Below, piece after piece: positions 51,274 through 61,324 of a DNA stretch of 61,324 nucleotides. The notes under the pieces were generated by a model. The model was not told the DNA's origin and ran no database searches. It saw only the letters and a list, made by a program, of their open reading frames with translations. The position numbers and the translations under genes were made by a program. Source of the DNA: Halocafeteria seosinensis (taxonomy: Eukaryota); contig LVLI01000685.1 of NCBI GenBank assembly GCA_001687465.1, forward strand, positions 1 through 61,324, written 5' to 3'. The first letter of the stretch is position 1. Every line of letters starts with the position of its first letter.

Positions 51274-54200
51274 TCAAGTTCTCTTAGTCCGGCGACGGGG
51301 AGGCCTCCGCAGTTGCCGAAGCGAAGCATAGTCTACGTTATTCAGCGCGGAAGAGGAAGCGCTCATTTCCGAGGGAGAATCCTTGAACGACCTTAGCGGG
51401 TTTTCCATCAATGCTTCCGTTGAACCCCCTTTCGCCTCCGAAGGAGCGCCAACCTGCTGGAACTCCTTCTTTTGTCGAAGCCGACGGCTTCTCCCAAGAT
51501 GCCTCGATTCGTTCGCCAACGCTTTCCTCTCCTGCTCGACGTCCATCGTAGACAGAGAGTGAAGGTTCGATGTAAACTGACTAGGCTTCAGTCTGCGCCT
51601 TGAGCCGGCAACAGGAGCGCTACTCATGACCTCACTGACAGAAGACATAGGATGATGTTGCGCAAATTCCTTCTTTCGTCTGTGTGAATATTCTTGTTGA
51701 TGGGGGTGGGATTCATTGAATAGTTCATTGCGCTCTTGCTGTGCATCCCGGTTAGCCCCGCTAGTGAGAGACGAACTCGACCGACCGATACTGCTGGGCT
51801 CATGTTGTACTTTGAACGATTTGGGGGCATTCTTCTGCTTTACTGAGGACGAACTCAACTGACCGATGCTCCTGGGCTCATGTTGCCCTTTGGACGCTTT
51901 GGAGGCATTCTTCTGCTGTACTACCTTGTTACTCCTGTACACTTCGAATCCGCCAGCAAGCCCTTCAGGTTTCCTCTCTACTTGACCAGGAGTCTGTTTG
52001 TTTCCCGTCAATCCCGCATACTTGCTGGCCACACTGTTCTCGGGGCCACCTCCAGCATTGACACTCAGAGGATTGGAATAAAACATTCCGTGGCTGTAAG
52101 GGTACTTCCCACTAGTAGCTTTTGCCACTTTTGCTCTATGCTTTCGTTTCGTCCTGGCACGTAATTTTGCTGCAATAAAGACTAACGTAAGCGCGACCAT
52201 CAAGGCAGCGGCGGCGCTCATGGCCGGCACGAAGGCAGATGCAAAAGCAGTGCCCCCGTGGGAAGCGTTATCGTTTTCTTCCTCATCCTCATCTTCTCTG
52301 TCGTCGCCCTTGTCTTCTTCGTCCTCGCCTGCTCCGTCCTCTTCATCCTCTGGAGGATCGTCTGCTTCCTCCAGTTCTTCATCGTCCGCCGATTTCTCCT
52401 CATCGTTTTGTTTCTCATTTGGATCGCCAGGGCGAATTTTAGATGGTGGATCAGCAGTCTGAACGCACTGGAACGAGCTATCCTTAGAATCAGAAACTCT
52501 CCTGAAACCGCTATGACGAGCACACGTGGAACAGTCTTCCCCAGAATAACCTAAATTGCATTTGCATGTTCCCGACGAAGAAATGCATACACCCTTCCCG
52601 GAACACGGTTGACCATTGTAGCCCGGACACTCCTGTAGAGGTGCACCACAATCTGCCTTGCAACAGGATTTCCTGAACTGGGAGCATAGTTCTCCGATTT
52701 CGCAAACACCATTATCGCATTGCGGCTGAGTACTCACAGGAGGAAACACATCTTCAACGTAAAATGTGGCGAGTAAGGGATTCTCTGATAACGTATTCCA
52801 GAGCTTTCTGTTCAAGCTAGAGCAAGAGAGGGATTCTTGTCGTGGCCCAACCATAACCTCAAGAGCTATTTGATCCCTTGATATGACGGACAATTTCTTT
52901 ACATGAACTATACTAACACTAACTCCCATTGCTTCCGCTAATTCTTTCTGAGAACCTTCATTGAACATCTCATTATCAGGGCCCCTGCCGTCACCCAAGG
53001 CTAGTACTTCGGCGCCACTGATCTCACTCTCGTTCGCAAAGAGTTTAAGAGGATGCACACACGAACACGAAGATCCATCTCCTTCGCAGACACCACATGC
53101 ATCAACCTGCCCGGACTCGCAGCATATTCCATCTGCACCCAATTGCGTTGTGCATGGATCTCCGTTACGGTCCACAGCGGCCGCTGTGCCGTTGCATATT
53201 CCTATTGCATCCAAAGCCGAACTACCCTCGGGACAACATTCTCCTTCAGAATCAATAACAGGAGTAATACCTTCTCCTGCAGGATGGCAACAGTCACCAG
53301 CACTGTTGATTGCCCCAGATTGACAGCAACTCCCTGTAGGGAGCACAAGTCCACCTTGCTCGGTGCAATTGGTCTGTTTAATATCGCAGGCGTCCCCTAG
53401 CCATCCTGCCCAGCAAAGGCATTCGGGATTTCCATCTCGGTCTACAACACACTCTCCAAACATACAACTGAGTGTGTCACAAGGACCGCAAGTACTGGGA
53501 GTGCATTTCTTCGTGGAAACCGGCATGGTAATATGCGCGCACTCAGAAGCACTTAAAATCTCACTGGTCAAACTATCCAGGCACGTTACGTTTCGATTCT
53601 GAATGCCGGTGGAATTGGTACACGATCCTGAACCCATTTCACAATCAGACCAGGAGGAAACAGACCGTCGAGGTTTCAAGCAGCTCTGTGTATTGCACTC
53701 CGTCATCCTTGCTGGCTTTTTGTCGTCTAGTTCCACTATGCACTCTATATCGGGTAACTCCTCTGTTGAATCCGTTTTCAAGCACGTAACAGTACGGTTA
53801 CGGATGCCACCACCGCATGTAACATTGCAATTACTCCATGAGGAGACTTTCCACTTAACTCGTCCACATGGAGCGTTAGAGCAGCTCTTCGACCCCCCCG
53901 GTCTTTGATTAGCGTCACACAATGACGCACTCACAGGTCTTCCCGAAATCTTATCCTTGCACAGCACGGTGCGTTCCTTCTCCCCTGGGCCACAGGTGCT
54001 GTCGCAATCGCTCCACCCAGATGTAATCCACTCATACTCATGGCAGCGGCGAGCGATACAAGACTCGTTCGACGATGGAACCGTAGTATTCAAAGACAAA
54101 CAGAGGGAGTCATCCTCCAATATTTCTCCTTCTTTCGAAGCACATGCGACGGTTCGGTGGCGGATACCATATCCGCAGTCAGCGGAGCAGTCAGACCACG

Positions 54201-57200
54201 GACCCGCAACGAACGAGTTTGTTGGATTTGTTCCATTCTGACAATTGATATCGGTAGAGCAAACCGTCCATTCAGACGGTCGGAGAGTCGAACTACAGGA
54301 CGAATCGGGAAGGATGAAGGAGGAATTGATGCCACACCACACATCTCTGGTCTTTATGCCGGGGCCACAGAATGATTGGCAACTACTCCAACTTCCCGTT
54401 TGCCATCTTTCCACTGAAACTATAGAAAACAAATCCGACTTGGTTATGTACCTGGCAGATGTACTTATATGGCAATAAGGACGCGAAGAGATGAAGAATC
54501 CTGGGGAAGACACTACGGATTCAGGGGCCAAACACAGAGTGGTGTCGTTCACAGTGGGATTCACTACCTCGAATTCCTTTTCCTCATACAAGTTGTCTTC
54601 TTGTAATAATGATAGCGAGTACAAGGGTGACGCTGACATTGTTTCCGGGCCCTCAAGAGTCGTGTTCATCTCCGAAAACTGCAAGCGCTCCACTGGGTTG
54701 TCCTTATCGTTTTCGACGCGATCTGTGTCACCCTTGCCCCAAGCCCATGCAATAGGAATACAGGAATTTCCGAATGAAATATCGTACTTTGTTGCACTCG
54801 GTTCCAAGAATGACTCAATCATAACGGATAGACGAGATTGCAACTGGACCTCCAATTGAAGCGCAAAACATTTGCCTTTCACACAAAAGTTCAGTGTCAC
54901 AGAGTCCGTTTTCGACGCACCACTCGCACCCAAATTCGGCAAAATGTCCAAATTGTACTGAGCGACAGAGGCCGATGCAGAAACGAGACGTATCCGCGTC
55001 CATCGGGATTCAGCAATACCACCTGCTGGGCTTTCGGCAGTCACAACTGGAGCCTCATTTGCAAACGACCCCGAGCCGTCGTTCCTTGTTTTGCTCCTTG
55101 TATCACCGTTAGTCGTACCGCTATTGAGAGCATTGAAAGCATTGAAGGCATCCGTGAAATCCTGAGCTCCCCCAAACCGTCTACCTTCATTACCTAGCCA
55201 TTCTGGTGGCCGGTTAGAGCCCATATTTTTGATTCGATCTACGATATCAGGAGCGATTGAGACCGTAAACGGTATCCTTCCTAGTGCAGTGGGCGGAAGA
55301 CTAACTTTTCCCGGCATACGCATATTCGCTGAAGGTAGTACAACCTCATCCATGTTGTTGACAAACCGACGACGACATATCCCGTATAAGTCCAAGACTG
55401 TTTGCCGACTCGCGTCTGTTCCGACGATTACCCAGTCAACAGAACATGAACCAAAGTACCCCGAACATGCCCTCTGGCCATTCAAAAGCAGATCAACGGA
55501 GAAGCCGTTAGGATCAAACCTTCGCATCGTCTTTAATTGCTGAAGTGTAGGTATCTCGTAGGATGCCATGTTTGTAATACGCTGCCAGTCGACCGGTATA
55601 ATGTTGCTTGAACCGTAGAGATCTGAAAGACAATAGCTGGAATCATTACTGCATGCTCTAGACGAAATATCTATCCAAGGGATCCCAAAAACACGAGGTA
55701 ATCCTTGTTCCCATACTTTACGGGAGTCTGCAGAAAACGACCTTCGCCAATGCTCACCAAAGTGCAACGCGATATCGTCATGCGACATATCACTGAAATC
55801 AGGAATAGCACCTGTTGGAAGGAAGAGCGGATTAGAAAACGTAGATAGAGGGCTACTGCATAGACCCCCAGATATAGTTTCTGGGGATGGAAAAGAAAAT
55901 ACTAAACTTGCTTCCAACGTATACCTCGCAATATAACGACATGAGACAACAGACCCATCCACAAACGACACTCGAACCTCGTCATCGTCTATCTGAACCG
56001 TAAGGCTTCCAACAACAACCCTAAACTTGTTCCTCCGCCCGAGATTGAACTCTTGTCCATCAACTATTGCGAAGCCATCATCATTTACAAGAACTGACGG
56101 AAACAACTTCCCAGCAGATGCTCCCGTACCTCGTCGAAAGTGCCAAGATGATATACTCACGGCCTGTATATAGGAGGTGCTTCCATCCCACTGTTCAAGC
56201 AGAGCATCCACGGTGAGACCATAGCGACTGTCGGCATATACAACATGCGGCCCAAGCCCCATATACTTATAAGAATAACCGCTGAATGTGCGAAAGTTAC
56301 AAAAGCCCCATAAATTAGCGGACAAAAACCTAAACGGCTGGAAATCCACAAAAGAATCACTTATTGAGTCAGATACGTTTCTAGAAACAGCTAAGTCAAA
56401 AGACGATCTCTCTACCGATACATTCACCAATCTTAATTCTTCGCTCCACCGTCTCGACACAGCCGAACCTGGAAGCAAGTAATCATGAGGCACCACAACT
56501 TCCACAGTAGCTGAAAACACTACTACCACTTCTCCGTCCACTTGAAAGTGAGGATACACCACCAACCAGTGAGTTCCATCGCGTTCCTCGATTTTCAAGT
56601 TAGCCCTAGAAACAACATCTTCATGGGCTATTGACGGCTCCATGCTCACCCAACGAATAGAGTAAGGCGAGTTGTGGTTCAGTGTAATTGGGATCCTAGA
56701 CACCCCCGAAGACGATGTTTTCACACTCCCTAAACTCTCGAATGAGACATACAGCATTGGCGGTTGCTCCGACGGCGTAGGGCGGGGAGAAATTCCTGGA
56801 GAAGGTGTCGGAGTCGCCGTGAGAATCGTCAGATGGAAAGTGATTGTGTTGGATGAGAGATACTCAGAATGTTTTGCATAGGCGTCAACTGTATACTCCC
56901 CAGCTTCATCCAGGGTGACTGGCTCATCAAAGGGCCGGAATACCTTGTCTCTGGGAGTCGCTCGCATCATTATCGTAGCTGCTGGGTTGCTGTGAGCTAG
57001 CTCAACCACAACTGCAGAACCGCTAACGCTTTCCTCTGGTCTCAAGAAGACAGGCTCTTCTAACACAGGTGGAATATGTAGAAGCTCCTCAACAAATGTG
57101 TCATTGCATCCTTCGTCTTCAGGCATAATCCCATCAGGTCGACAGTATTCGCGAATAGCTTCAATACAATCTTCACTCGGAGGGCTTCCTACACAAGAGG

Positions 57201-58373
57201 CGCAGAAGCCTGGATAAGATGAGGATACCCTATCGTCAGTACCAGTGTTTACTTCCATGGGCCCACTACGCGCGGCACATTTTCCTGTCGAAAGAGAATT
57301 TTTCTTCGTGCATATGCGCTTCCCGCTGATTGGTTCAGGTGGACACTCAGAGTCGGACCGGCAAGGAACTGTGCACGCTCGCCTTTCCCAATCACAGACT
57401 CCACTGTCGCATTGGGTATCACCATCACAGCAAGCGCCAAACTCTTGACCTAAAAACACAGCAGTTTTTGGTACACACTCTTCAGTCATGTTAGGCATTG
57501 TAAGGTTACATTGGTCACAAGGATTATTCGGAATAGTCTTGTTGAAAGGACACACACTTCCACAGTCGAACGGACACACATCAGGAGATACTTGCTCGTC
57601 GCAAATTCCATCAAAATTACATACAACAGTAGGACACTCTTCACTCTCCAGTCTTTCTTCGCTGCCCCCTGAACTGACTTCGAAGTCACCGATAATTCCC
57701 TGTACCCAGTCATTATTGCATGTTATGTCGTTTCTATGTCTTCTGCAATAGTCCAGGATGGTTTCAAAACAAGTGTCCGATACAGGATTCCCTAGGCAGT
57801 ACACACAGAATCCGTATCCATCATCACCGATACGACTGCGCGCATCGCAAATTCCCCGTTGATCAAAAGGGGTTTCTTTAATGCATGTAGGCTTAATCCC
57901 ACTGCTGGAGGCTATTGGACATTCACGATCGTTGGTGCAAGTCACACTACAAGCTCGCTGTTGCTTATCGCAGAAAGCTGCAACAGAAGAGCAGAGAATG
58001 AGTTACTGACGGAAAAGGGAATTCAGGGCAAGAAAACAAGGTACGTACTGAACTGATCGCACTGAGAGTTGTCGCTGCAGCAGTCTCCAAATATACCACC
58101 AGAATCTGACCCCCTACAACGAAGAGTAATCTCGCGGAAATCAAAGCACGAACTGGCAGGAAGGCATGGCGAATTGCTTCCTGGTTCGAAAGGACATCCT
58201 GGGACGGCCGTGTCGGAATTGGGTGCATCACATGTCCCAGAGGATAACAAGACTCTCCTTTCCCGCGATACCACATCCTCCTCAGCATATGCATCTTGAT
58301 GACGCAACACCAGCGCCAGACCAGCAGCAATCCCGATGAGAGACACAACCGTGCGGCTCCGTTCCATTCTCAT
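51274..58373 (-). CDS. Gene C: type I single-pass membrane protein (~2342 aa) with Cys-rich repeats, a CHB_HEX_C/Fn3-associated-like domain, a VWD-like domain, about five ADAMTS-type TSP1 repeats, EGF-like domains, an acidic stretch, a TM helix and a ~290-aa tail
   Basis: Exons 58049-58373 and 51274-57977; intron 57978-58048 (GTACGT..TGCAG); spliced CDS 7029 nt. Signal-like VVSLIGIAAGLALVL. TSP1 WxxxxWSxCxxxCGxGxxxRxVxC repeats at about 53490-54405. EGF CSGKGVCISSSGTCKCNLGYSGEDC. TM FASAFVPAMSAAAALMVALTLVFIAA (about 52169-52246) followed by basic KLRARTKRKHRAK. Confidence 0.88.
51773..51917 (-). repeat. 78-bp (26-aa) imperfect tandem duplication in the gene C cytoplasmic tail
   Basis: QKNASKASKGQHEPRSIGQLSS and QKNAPKSFKVQHEPSSIGRSSS; DNA copies at about 51773-51839 and 51851-51917. 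Confidence 0.85.
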
Positions 58374-58895
58374 CCTGAATTTTGCTTTAGTACATGCTGC
58401 ACAACCAAACAAACCCAAACTAACACTTAATATTCCATTCGACTCTGCAGTCGATAAATTGTCTTGCTCTTTGCTCCTAGGGTAGTTTTTGTTCCCCTGC
58501 CTAGTCCCCTTATTCGAACCCCGCCCCCTCTCCTTGCGACAGAACGTCCTAGCGAACAGTTCTGTCGACTTGCACACTACACACACACACCACTTTCCCT
58601 TAAATGAACGAGAGACGAGAACCCAAGTGTAAATATCACGCTTGTACATACATGTAATGAACCGGTTTCTGCTGCTTTGCAAAAAGACAATACCGGTGGT
58701 AGTAGACGGTCTTCTCAGAGAGCAGAGCAGCACAACTGCCTACTGTACGGTACTCTCTGGCAAACAGTAAACTGGGACTTGAAAGAAAAGACAGTCCGGT
58801 TGACAACAACAACAACAAGACAGGACTTTTGGACTGCTCCGACAGTCTACTCGTCGGTCACGGCCAATTTAAGCTCGTCGGCCGATACAGTTCTT

Positions 58896-59611
58896 CCCCC
58901 AGGTTGAAGTCTTGCACAACACAGTAGATAGCGGTTGTACCCGTGGTGTACAACTCTATACAGTACCCGGTATACGTGATTATTTTTTATTTTTTAAAAG
59001 TTAAACATGTTTGACTTATAGTTTGTTCACACAAGGCAAGGTCGAGAAGACTTATTACAGCCGACGCAAAAAATTTGACTGGCGATCAGTTCAGGAGGTC
59101 TTCGGAGACTTCGAATACTGTATCTCACTTTAGCACATACCTGGTATGCAAAGCTAGCCAGGGTTCTTACAAGCCAGCCAGGTTTCTTACAAGCCAGCCA
59201 GGTTTGGCTTGGGCAAGCCACGGTCATATCGAAGGAATGTTTGTTCTATATTATACCCTTTTTGTGATTTTTATACAGGGGAATATAAGGAGAAGGCATG
59301 TTCCCGTCTCTGTTGCGTGTCAACTTCAACTAGCGTCCCCAGCTTCGGAAGTGCCTGTTAGCTTCGTCTGTGCCTATCTGGGTACGCTATATTGGGGCAT
59401 AGCTAAATGCACACACTTCCGCTACATTCTACCGTCCTTTGTATGATAATCAGCAGCGGGTTTGAACGAAGTTGTGCAGAGAACTAGGGTGTCAAGAGCT
59501 TGCGACCTGGCTTGGGTTTGGCTTGGGCTTCGCCGCCCAAGCCAGCCAGGCTACCCCCAGGTTGAAGTCTTGCACAACACAGTAGATAGCGGTTGTACCC
59601 GTGGTGTACAA
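58896..59611. repeat. Identical 58-bp direct repeats 658 bp apart, enclosing short agccagccagg/ggcttgggc repeats
   Basis: cccccaggttgaagtcttgcacaacacagtagatagcggttgtacccgtggtgtacaa at 58896-58953 and 59554-59611. Internal 20-bp tandem ttcttacaagccagccaggt at about 59157-59203. Hairpin ggcttgggc-ttcgcc-gcccaagcc at 59520-59543. Confidence 0.9.
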
Positions 59612-61324
59612 GTGCCCTGGCATATGTCTGGACCGATTTTCCGCAGGTTTTCGCGCCAATTTTCTCAAAGATTTTAGCGTATCTTCACAAAAGCATCATC
59701 ATCTGGAGGGCCGTATCTTTGACATGCTTGCCATATTTTTTGCACTAAAAATAGCGCCAGAATCAGCGTTTTCTGGCGATTCCCGTGGTGGGGTCTGCTT
59801 CCCGCACAACACAATCATTTCTGTGGGATACCCACCGAACATTCAAATTTCAAGTTGCACCTCGTCTGCCAAGGTTCGCGAACTTCGGTAGTGGAGGAAT
59901 TTTGATTGAGCTCTATTTTCCCGAAGAAAAATGCAGTAACTTGTTGTAAATTAAATAAATAAACTTTTCATATAACCGATTTTTCTAAGGATGAGTAAAA
60001 GGCTCAATAATACCAGTCGACGCGCTGAGAGTTCCCCAAGTGGGCGGCAGGCGAAACTTCAAGCAAGCCAGGCCATCGAGAATATCTCTCCAGCAACGAC
60101 GACAATAACCCCATCCCAAAAGCGTGCTCGTAGTGAAAACTTGAGAGAATATCGTGAATCACGAAAAGCTGATATTTCGCTTACCAACAGCACCAGAATA
60201 AGCCCGTTTGAGAAGACGTTGCGATGTTGTGAAGAAGCCGCACGCGAGATTGGCGACAGTGATAGGGCTTTACGAGAGCTGCGTAAGATACAGATACCCC
60301 TTGGCACTAATGAAGTGATATCACATACTGTAGCTACAAATGTCATAGTTCTATATGTCGTTTGCATCACTTGCATCAACAAAATAGGCGGTGACGCTAG
60401 CCCAGAAGTAATGAGGTCTCAACTTCACAAGAGTCTGCCACACGGATTAGACATTGGCTCGCAGCTGACAATTTGGACAATGAATGTCGCAAAGCTAATG
60501 CCTGCATCGAAGAAGCAATTAATTGAGTTGGTGGGGGCATTTAATGGGGTGTCTCGCAGCAGCGTAACTCGGATTCTGCAAGAATATTTCGCCAAAGCAG
60601 AAGTTCGTCAAGGGGAGCGGACCGGACGACCACTGAAAGATCTCCGTCTTTACCATGAGCCCGTGGCTCAATATGTAAAGCAGCAGAACGCTTTTAAAGC
60701 TCAAGTAACTATACTTGAAATACAAAACCACATGAAGGCTGTGCATGGATACTTCAGCATGGAAAGCATCCGAAGGATCCTGGAGGAGACGGACCACATA
60801 CATGTATTCGCCAAGCCTCGGGCCGATCCGCTCGGAAGGTGGACAGAAGAACGCAAACAGCGCACCATCTCCTATCTCTGTTTCCTTTTCAACGCAATAA
60901 AGGGGTGTCAGAAAGGCCACTGTGAGCTAATCTTTTCCGATGAATCGTGTGCACATGTCAACCGGCAGTTGGAAAAGACTTGGATTCCTCGCAATGAGCG
61001 GTTCGTCAAGCAGCACGCAGGCGGGCTGGGCTGCAGATTGGTGATGCTACATTGTTTCAGTTGGAACCACGGGCCACTATTTGTCTCTAACGACAATAAC
61101 CACACTCCTCCTGAAACAAGTCTAGATGACAGTCTCGAGGAGGGAGGTCCGGAAACCTGTGAGTTCATATTTCGGTCCGATTCACCAGGGCAGGACTACA
61201 AGCGAAACGTCACCGGCGACCTCTTTATGAGCTACTTCCAAAACCGAATAGTAAAAGTTCTTAGAAGAAAGTTTCCACAAAAGCAGTGCATATTGGTTCT
61301 CGATAACGCATCCTTCCACAACCC
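59607..61324 (+). mobile_element. DNA transposon (IS630/Tc1/mariner type), left part; left boundary uncertain
   Basis: Contains the transposase ORF. Candidate left ends after a TA are TA|CAAGTGCCC (59607-59617) or TA|CAGTACCCGG (58959-58970). The right TIR is outside the window, so neither can be confirmed. Confidence 0.6.
59991..61324 (+). CDS. IS630/Tc1/mariner-superfamily DDE transposase, 3'-truncated by the window edge
   Basis: Open frame of 444 codons from ATG 59991 (MSKRLNNTSR...), absent from the ORF track because it has no stop. HTH-like GVSRSSVTRIL...GRP; second HTH-like FSMESIRRIL; first catalytic D in LIFSDES (60939); GCRLVMLH; DYKRNVTGDLFMSYF; second D in ILVLDNASFH (61302). Confidence 0.88.
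   Translation, partial: MSKRLNNTSRRAESSPSGRQAKLQASQAIENISPATTTITPSQKRARSENLREYRESRKADISLTNSTRISPFEKTLRCCEEAAREIGDSDRALRELRKIQIPLGTNEVISHTVATNVIVLYVVCITCINKIGGDASPEVMRSQLHKSLPHGLDIGSQLTIWTMNVAKLMPASKKQLIELVGAFNGVSRSSVTRILQEYFAKAEVRQGERTGRPLKDLRLYHEPVAQYVKQQNAFKAQVTILEIQNHMKAVHGYFSMESIRRILEETDHIHVFAKPRADPLGRWTEERKQRTISYLCFLFNAIKGCQKGHCELIFSDESCAHVNRQLEKTWIPRNERFVKQHAGGLGCRLVMLHCFSWNHGPLFVSNDNNHTPPETSLDDSLEEGGPETCEFIFRSDSPGQDYKRNVTGDLFMSYFQNRIVKVLRRKFPQKQCILVLDNASFHN

Noticed and set aside
1921..58348. Many short opposite-strand or alternate-frame ORFs (e.g. 31519-32256, 47985-48671, 5753-6247, 52220-52462)
   Set aside because: They are shadows of the real coding frame, e.g. Pro-rich antisense of Gly codons and Ser-rich antisense of the acidic tract, with no independent motifs.
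59520..59556. GC hairpin followed by CTAC as a Helitron 3' end
   Set aside because: The terminus is not CTRR, and no Rep/helicase sequence or matching 5' TC end can be established.
60059..61168. Minus-strand ORFs 60059-60382, 60519-60920 and 60908-61168
   Set aside because: They are antisense to the plus-strand transposase, which carries the DDE motifs.

Overview
Eukaryotic genomic window with short spliceosomal GT-AG introns (58-86 bp); the organism cannot be identified from the sequence. About 49 kb is taken by two head-to-head paralogous giant genes, which the ORF track breaks into about 29 fragments. Gene A (minus, 28983->1851, 16 exons, about 8692 aa) and gene B (plus, 29895->51070, 13 exons, about 6771 aa) share one plan. 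Each has a signal peptide, a Ser/Thr/Pro-rich stretch, and 13 (A) or 11 (B) tandem ~500-550 aa modules pairing a beta-solenoid-like segment with a multi-motif Gly-rich segment. Each then ends in four GC..N..P.A..D.GSC repeats, a coiled coil, a Calx-beta-like domain and a short aromatic tail, with no transmembrane helix. A phase-2 intron sits at the same site in 23 of 24 module junctions, and some modules carry inserted globular domains. Convergent on gene B is gene C (minus, 58373->51274, about 2342 aa), a single-pass Cys-rich/VWD-like/TSP1/EGF membrane protein. The first 1.7 kb is a distinct, partly AT-rich segment with a flip/flop hairpin, an intronless RING-like zinc-finger ORF, iteron-like repeats and a perfect 50-bp palindrome. 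The right end holds a 58-bp direct repeat and an IS630/Tc1/mariner transposase ORF that runs off the window. Gene models were read by eye, and all spliced lengths are multiples of 3. Functional and fold assignments are inference.
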